Source: an uncultured Chloroflexia bacterium
GTDB lineage: Bacteria; Chloroflexota; Chloroflexia; QHBQ01; JADMIH01
Length of the DNA: 64,000 nt
Direction of reading: 5' to 3'
NCBI GenBank assembly: GCA_963797095.1
Contig: CAWCNY010000002.1
Span: 288,001-352,000 of the forward strand
The notes beneath the pieces are model-generated. The model worked only from the letters and a program-made list of their open reading frames with translations, made no database searches and was not told the origin of the DNA. Each line of letters opens with the position of its first letter. The stretch's first letter is position 1. The position numbers and the translations under genes were made by a program. Positions 60,432 to 64,000 of this stretch are shown here, piece by piece.

Positions 60432-61664
60432 TTGCAAACAGCCGGATCGTTTAGTTGTCCTCACTGCGCCGCGCCTGTGCCGTTTCAGTACGGGCAAACC
60501 ACGGTCAAGTGCGAATACTGTGGCAATACAGTTATTGTTCCTCCTGAGTTGCGCCCGCCTCCGCCACCTCCGCAGCCACAGCCTCCTACTTACCAGTACC
60601 CTCAGGTCCAGATTATCATTGGCTCGGAAGGCACATACACTCCGCAAAATCAACCTACCTACACGGCCCCTCCAGTTACAACTGTTCCGCGCAGGCGCTC
60701 TTCGTGCGCGCCCTTGCTGCTGTTTGTTATTCTGCTGCTTGTGGTCAGCGGGGGCGTGGTCTCGTTCGTGGTACTGAGCACACCCTTCTTCTTCGACAAT
60801 CTTTTTGCCGGAGGGTTCGCACGTCTTGAACAGACCTACGGCAGTGATAGTAACGATAGTGGCACGCCCAACGCCCAGGGGATCGGTGCGGTGACGGATG
60901 GCATGGATGTTGCCCTGGATAAGGAAGGTAACGTCTACGTGGTTACCTATAACGGCCAGGTGGTTCGCTTCGCCTCTGACGGTGCGTTACTAAGCTCGTG
61001 GAAGATAGAGGGCAAAGACGTTCACCCGGATGCCATAGAGGTGGATGGCGCGGGCAACGCTTACATTGTAGTTGACGGCGCGATACGTAAGTATGATGGT
61101 GCGACCGGCTCGGAGCAAAATGTGATAAGCGTTTCCGAGATATTCGGCGCGAGCGACGTGGCATTGGCCCCGGATGGCAGCATCCTGTCGTTCCTGGGCG
61201 GCTCTGTCGATCAGATCGTGCGGTTCGATCCTACGGGGATAGAGGTGGCGCGGTACGAGCGCCCATTCACCGAGATAGAGCCTACCGCCGATACGGTCCC
61301 CTGGCAGGTGCGTATCGCCGCGGACGGTGAGGGGCAAATATACCTTCTCAATACGTCGTTGAGCGGCACCCCGGTGTTTGTGTTCAGCCCGGAGGGTAGG
61401 CACATCATTCACTTCGGCGTGCGAGGTGCTGGAGAAGGACAACTCGATAACCCACGCGCGATAGCAATCGATAGCAAACAGCGTATCTATGTGAGCGACA
61501 GTGACGGCGTGAAAGTGTACGACCAGGGTGGCAAGTATATAGGGATAATTCGGATGCCGTTTTCGTCGTGGGTGACGGGTATGGCGTTCGACACGGAGGA
61601 CCGCCTGTACGCGGTCTCACGTGGGGAAGAGAAAGTTTACAGGTTCGTGCTCAATGAGCCGTGA
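60432..61664 (+). CDS. Zinc-ribbon + TM + NHL-repeat beta-propeller protein
   Basis: CPHC..CEYC; one TM; GAGEGQLDNPRAIAID. Confidence 0.82.
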   Translation: MQTAGSFSCPHCAAPVPFQYGQTTVKCEYCGNTVIVPPELRPPPPPPQPQPPTYQYPQVQIIIGSEGTYTPQNQPTYTAPPVTTVPRRRSSCAPLLLFVILLLVVSGGVVSFVVLSTPFFFDNLFAGGFARLEQTYGSDSNDSGTPNAQGIGAVTDGMDVALDKEGNVYVVTYNGQVVRFASDGALLSSWKIEGKDVHPDAIEVDGAGNAYIVVDGAIRKYDGATGSEQNVISVSEIFGASDVALAPDGSILSFLGGSVDQIVRFDPTGIEVARYERPFTEIEPTADTVPWQVRIAADGEGQIYLLNTSLSGTPVFVFSPEGRHIIHFGVRGAGEGQLDNPRAIAIDSKQRIYVSDSDGVKVYDQGGKYIGIIRMPFSSWVTGMAFDTEDRLYAVSRGEEKVYRFVLNEP

Positions 61665-61695
61665 GATAAGGCAACCTGGGCATAAAACTCAAACT

Positions 61696-62607
61696 ATGAA
61701 AGATACAGGACTAATGACAAGCACCAACGCCCTACCGGAACATTCTTCGCTACTTGGCGCACGCATTCGTATCATCCCGGCGCTTATGCTGGTAATTTTG
61801 GGCCTTACGGTTTATGGCTGCGGCACGGAGCCTGCCACCGACACGCCTATTAGCCAACCTACCGCTATGGCGGGTACGAGCCCTACCTCAGTTTCATCCG
61901 GTGGGACGCCTACCTCAGTTTCATCGACTGATCCTACTGTTGATGCTACTTCAGTCACTTCGACCGTCCTGGTTGCTGAGCCCACGACGCCCGTTGATAC
62001 GCCAACTATCGCGCCGTTCGAAAATCCGACCCCTCAGCCGACCTGGATACCACCTACCGCGCTTGCGGGCACTCCAAGACCTGGGGCCGAGGCCACGCTG
62101 ACGGCGGCCCCGAAATTGAAGGCGGGCACTCTCACTATCATCAACGCGGATGGTCAGGACGTGAATATGCATGTTGAGATCGCCGATGCCGAGCCTTCGC
62201 GAGAGCTTGGCCTGATGTTCCGCACAAGCATGGCCCCGGACGAGGGTATGCTGTTCGATTTCGGCGGGCCGAGCACAGGCGGTTTCTGGATGCAGAATAC
62301 TTTGCTGCCTCTCAGCATCGCCTTTATCGAGCAGAATGGCAATATCCTCAACATAGAGGATATGCAGCCGCTGGATACAAGCATCACGAACGCCGCAGGG
62401 ACGTATTATTACGCGCTTGAAGCTAACCAGGGCTTCTTTAAGGCGAACAATATATTGACGGGTGGGAAAGCTTTGCTGCCTGTTGTGCTGGATAGCGCGG
62501 ATGGTTCAGGGCTCGTTATACCGGGAATGCCTGATTGCTCTTATGCCTCGGAACCTGAGCAAACGGCCGTGCCGCAAGTGGAGCTTGCTTCCCTACCGGG
62601 GTGCTAG
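61696..62607 (+). CDS. DUF192 domain lipoprotein with Thr/Pro linker
   Basis: Lipobox-like VYGC; GLMFR, GMLF, FWMQNTLLPLSIAF. Confidence 0.88.
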   Translation: MKDTGLMTSTNALPEHSSLLGARIRIIPALMLVILGLTVYGCGTEPATDTPISQPTAMAGTSPTSVSSGGTPTSVSSTDPTVDATSVTSTVLVAEPTTPVDTPTIAPFENPTPQPTWIPPTALAGTPRPGAEATLTAAPKLKAGTLTIINADGQDVNMHVEIADAEPSRELGLMFRTSMAPDEGMLFDFGGPSTGGFWMQNTLLPLSIAFIEQNGNILNIEDMQPLDTSITNAAGTYYYALEANQGFFKANNILTGGKALLPVVLDSADGSGLVIPGMPDCSYASEPEQTAVPQVELASLPGC

Positions 62608-63341
62608 CCTGAGCGCCTGGTGGGGCGTTTGGCGCGCTTGCTGAGGCGGATGCGCCATACTACGCCCATCGCCTCCAGCACGATCCTGCCCGTCATCTTG
62701 CTGGTCCCTACTTTGCGGTCGTAGAAGATGATGGGGGTCTCCTTGATTTTGAAGCCCATCTGGTGGGCACGGTGGGTCAACTCGATCTGGAACGAGTAGC
62801 CGTTGGAGTGGACTTTCTCGAGGTCGAGGGCCTCCAGCACCTCACGCCGGAACGCCTTGAATCCACTTGTGAGGTCTCTGTAGGGAGAGAGGAGGATAAG
62901 TTGGGCGTAGAGGGAGCCTCCCTTACTGATGATCTGCCGGAGGATGGACCAGTTGCGGGTGCCGCCACCCTTGATATTGCGCGAGCCAAGCACCAGGTCG
63001 GCCCCACCCTCGACTTCGCGCATGAATTGCGAAAGATGGGCAGGGTTATGGGAAAAGTCGGCGTCCATCTCGAAGATCACGTCATAGGCGCGCTCTAAGC
63101 CCCACTTGAAGCCGGCTAGGTAGGCGCGCCCAAGCCCTTCCTTGCCTGCCCGGTGCAGCACGTGCACTCTGCCCCGGTGCTTCTTCGCGAGCCTGCCGGC
63201 CAGGTCGCCTGTGCCGTCAGGCGAATTGTCGTCTACTACCAGAATGTCGTAAGGCCCACGCGCCAGTATCTCTTCGACCAGCGGCTGTAGGTTCTCGATC
63301 TCGTTATAGGTTGGGAGGATTATTAGTGTTTTTAGGGGCAT
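62604..63341 (-). CDS. Polyprenol monophosphomannose synthase (Ppm1-like, GT2)
   Basis: PTYNE, DDNSPDGT, MDADFSH, GYSFQIE. Confidence 0.92.
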   Translation of the reverse strand: MPLKTLIILPTYNEIENLQPLVEEILARGPYDILVVDDNSPDGTGDLAGRLAKKHRGRVHVLHRAGKEGLGRAYLAGFKWGLERAYDVIFEMDADFSHNPAHLSQFMREVEGGADLVLGSRNIKGGGTRNWSILRQIISKGGSLYAQLILLSPYRDLTSGFKAFRREVLEALDLEKVHSNGYSFQIELTHRAHQMGFKIKETPIIFYDRKVGTSKMTGRIVLEAMGVVWRIRLSKRAKRPTRRSG

Positions 63342-63359
63342 GCGGGGTTGGTTGTTGGG

Positions 63360-63415
63360 TGGTAGTCGGTAGTTCCAAGTTCCAAGTTCCAAGTTCCAAG
63401 TTCCAAGTTCCTGGT
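63360..63415 (+). repeat. Heptamer repeats GTAGTCG and (TTCCAAG)5
   Basis: Directly visible. Confidence 0.9.
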
Positions 63416-63428
63416 TGGAGGGTGGTGC

Positions 63429-64000
63429 CTACCGGCTGCTGATCGGGGTTGTTCTTCTTCCTATAGTCCAGACGTAGAGAGTATACAACACCGGCAATGT
63501 GTAAACCGCGATAGCCGATGTGATCTGTATTGTCCGGAACTCGGTTCGGCTCCAGAGCCACACGAAATCCCATACGAAGTAGTTGAGAACGCCGCCGATG
63601 CAGAAGAGGAGCATGCGATTTACGTTCTCTATGCGGGCTACAGGGGCTGTGAGGGCCACCAGCCAGAGGAGGTACCAGGGCTGGAACCAGAGCGATGCCA
63701 GGAGCAAGTATGCGAATATTATCTCATAGAACGCGATCAGCGTCCGCTGGAGGAGTTGGGCGCGTCCCTTGGGGGTGTTGGTGTTGGGTGTTTGGAGCAC
63801 CCACACGGCCAAGCCTGCTGCCACCAGAGCTACTATCCCGTAGGCGATATTGCGCACCCACCACTCCGCTATCGCCTGGCCCCACCCGAAATCCATCGTC
63901 AGGGTATCGAGGGCGACTTTTGATATGGAGGCTGTGAAGAGGGTGTCGCGATTGCGCGGCAGAAGGCTATCGGGGCCGGTCCAGAAGGGGGCGTAGAAGA
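63429..64000 (-). CDS. 3' part of a GT-C (GT87/MptA-like) polyprenol-phosphate mannosyltransferase
   Basis: Frame open to window end; YAPFW and WFQPWYLLW motifs; upstream of ppm1-like gene. Confidence 0.7.
   Translation of the reverse strand, partial: FYAPFWTGPDSLLPRNRDTLFTASISKVALDTLTMDFGWGQAIAEWWVRNIAYGIVALVAAGLAVWVLQTPNTNTPKGRAQLLQRTLIAFYEIIFAYLLLASLWFQPWYLLWLVALTAPVARIENVNRMLLFCIGGVLNYFVWDFVWLWSRTEFRTIQITSAIAVYTLPVLYTLYVWTIGRRTTPISSR

Noticed and set aside
1-64000. tRNA/rRNA genes, prophage, cas or reverse transcriptase genes
   Set aside because: None recognised by eye

Overview
GC-rich bacterial chromosomal window, probably Chloroflexota. This is inferred from the YPCGGPGEPC-type S-layer-homology-like repeats, YFPETGH-type repeats, a class F sortase and the FTR1 architecture. 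Housekeeping blocks (rpsU-yqeY, 7TM-HD/ybeY/dgkA, trxA, greA-lysS, rfbD/GT2, ppm1-like) alternate with cell-envelope and secreted proteins (PQQ propellers with SLH-like anchors, GH5-like, GT4, GT-C) and an unusually dense set of small mobile or repeated elements. These include a complete IS4-family IS, a 245-bp MITE with a 6-bp TSD, a probable composite unit bounded by ISAs1-like MITEs carrying padR plus a nitroreductase, an IS200/IS605-type mini-element interrupting a membrane gene, nested REPINs and many paired heptamer tandem repeats. The strongest novelty candidates are: (1) a ~315-nt highly structured non-coding sequence present in two diverged, inverted copies, each behind a promoter overlapped by a LexA-like box; (2) a ~150-nt pseudoknot-capable leader RNA upstream of the PgpH-like phosphodiesterase; (3) two tandem membrane receptors that end right after a WalK-like PAS domain with no output domain. 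Several single-base lesions may be assembly errors. All family calls are from motif recognition by eye; no searches were run.
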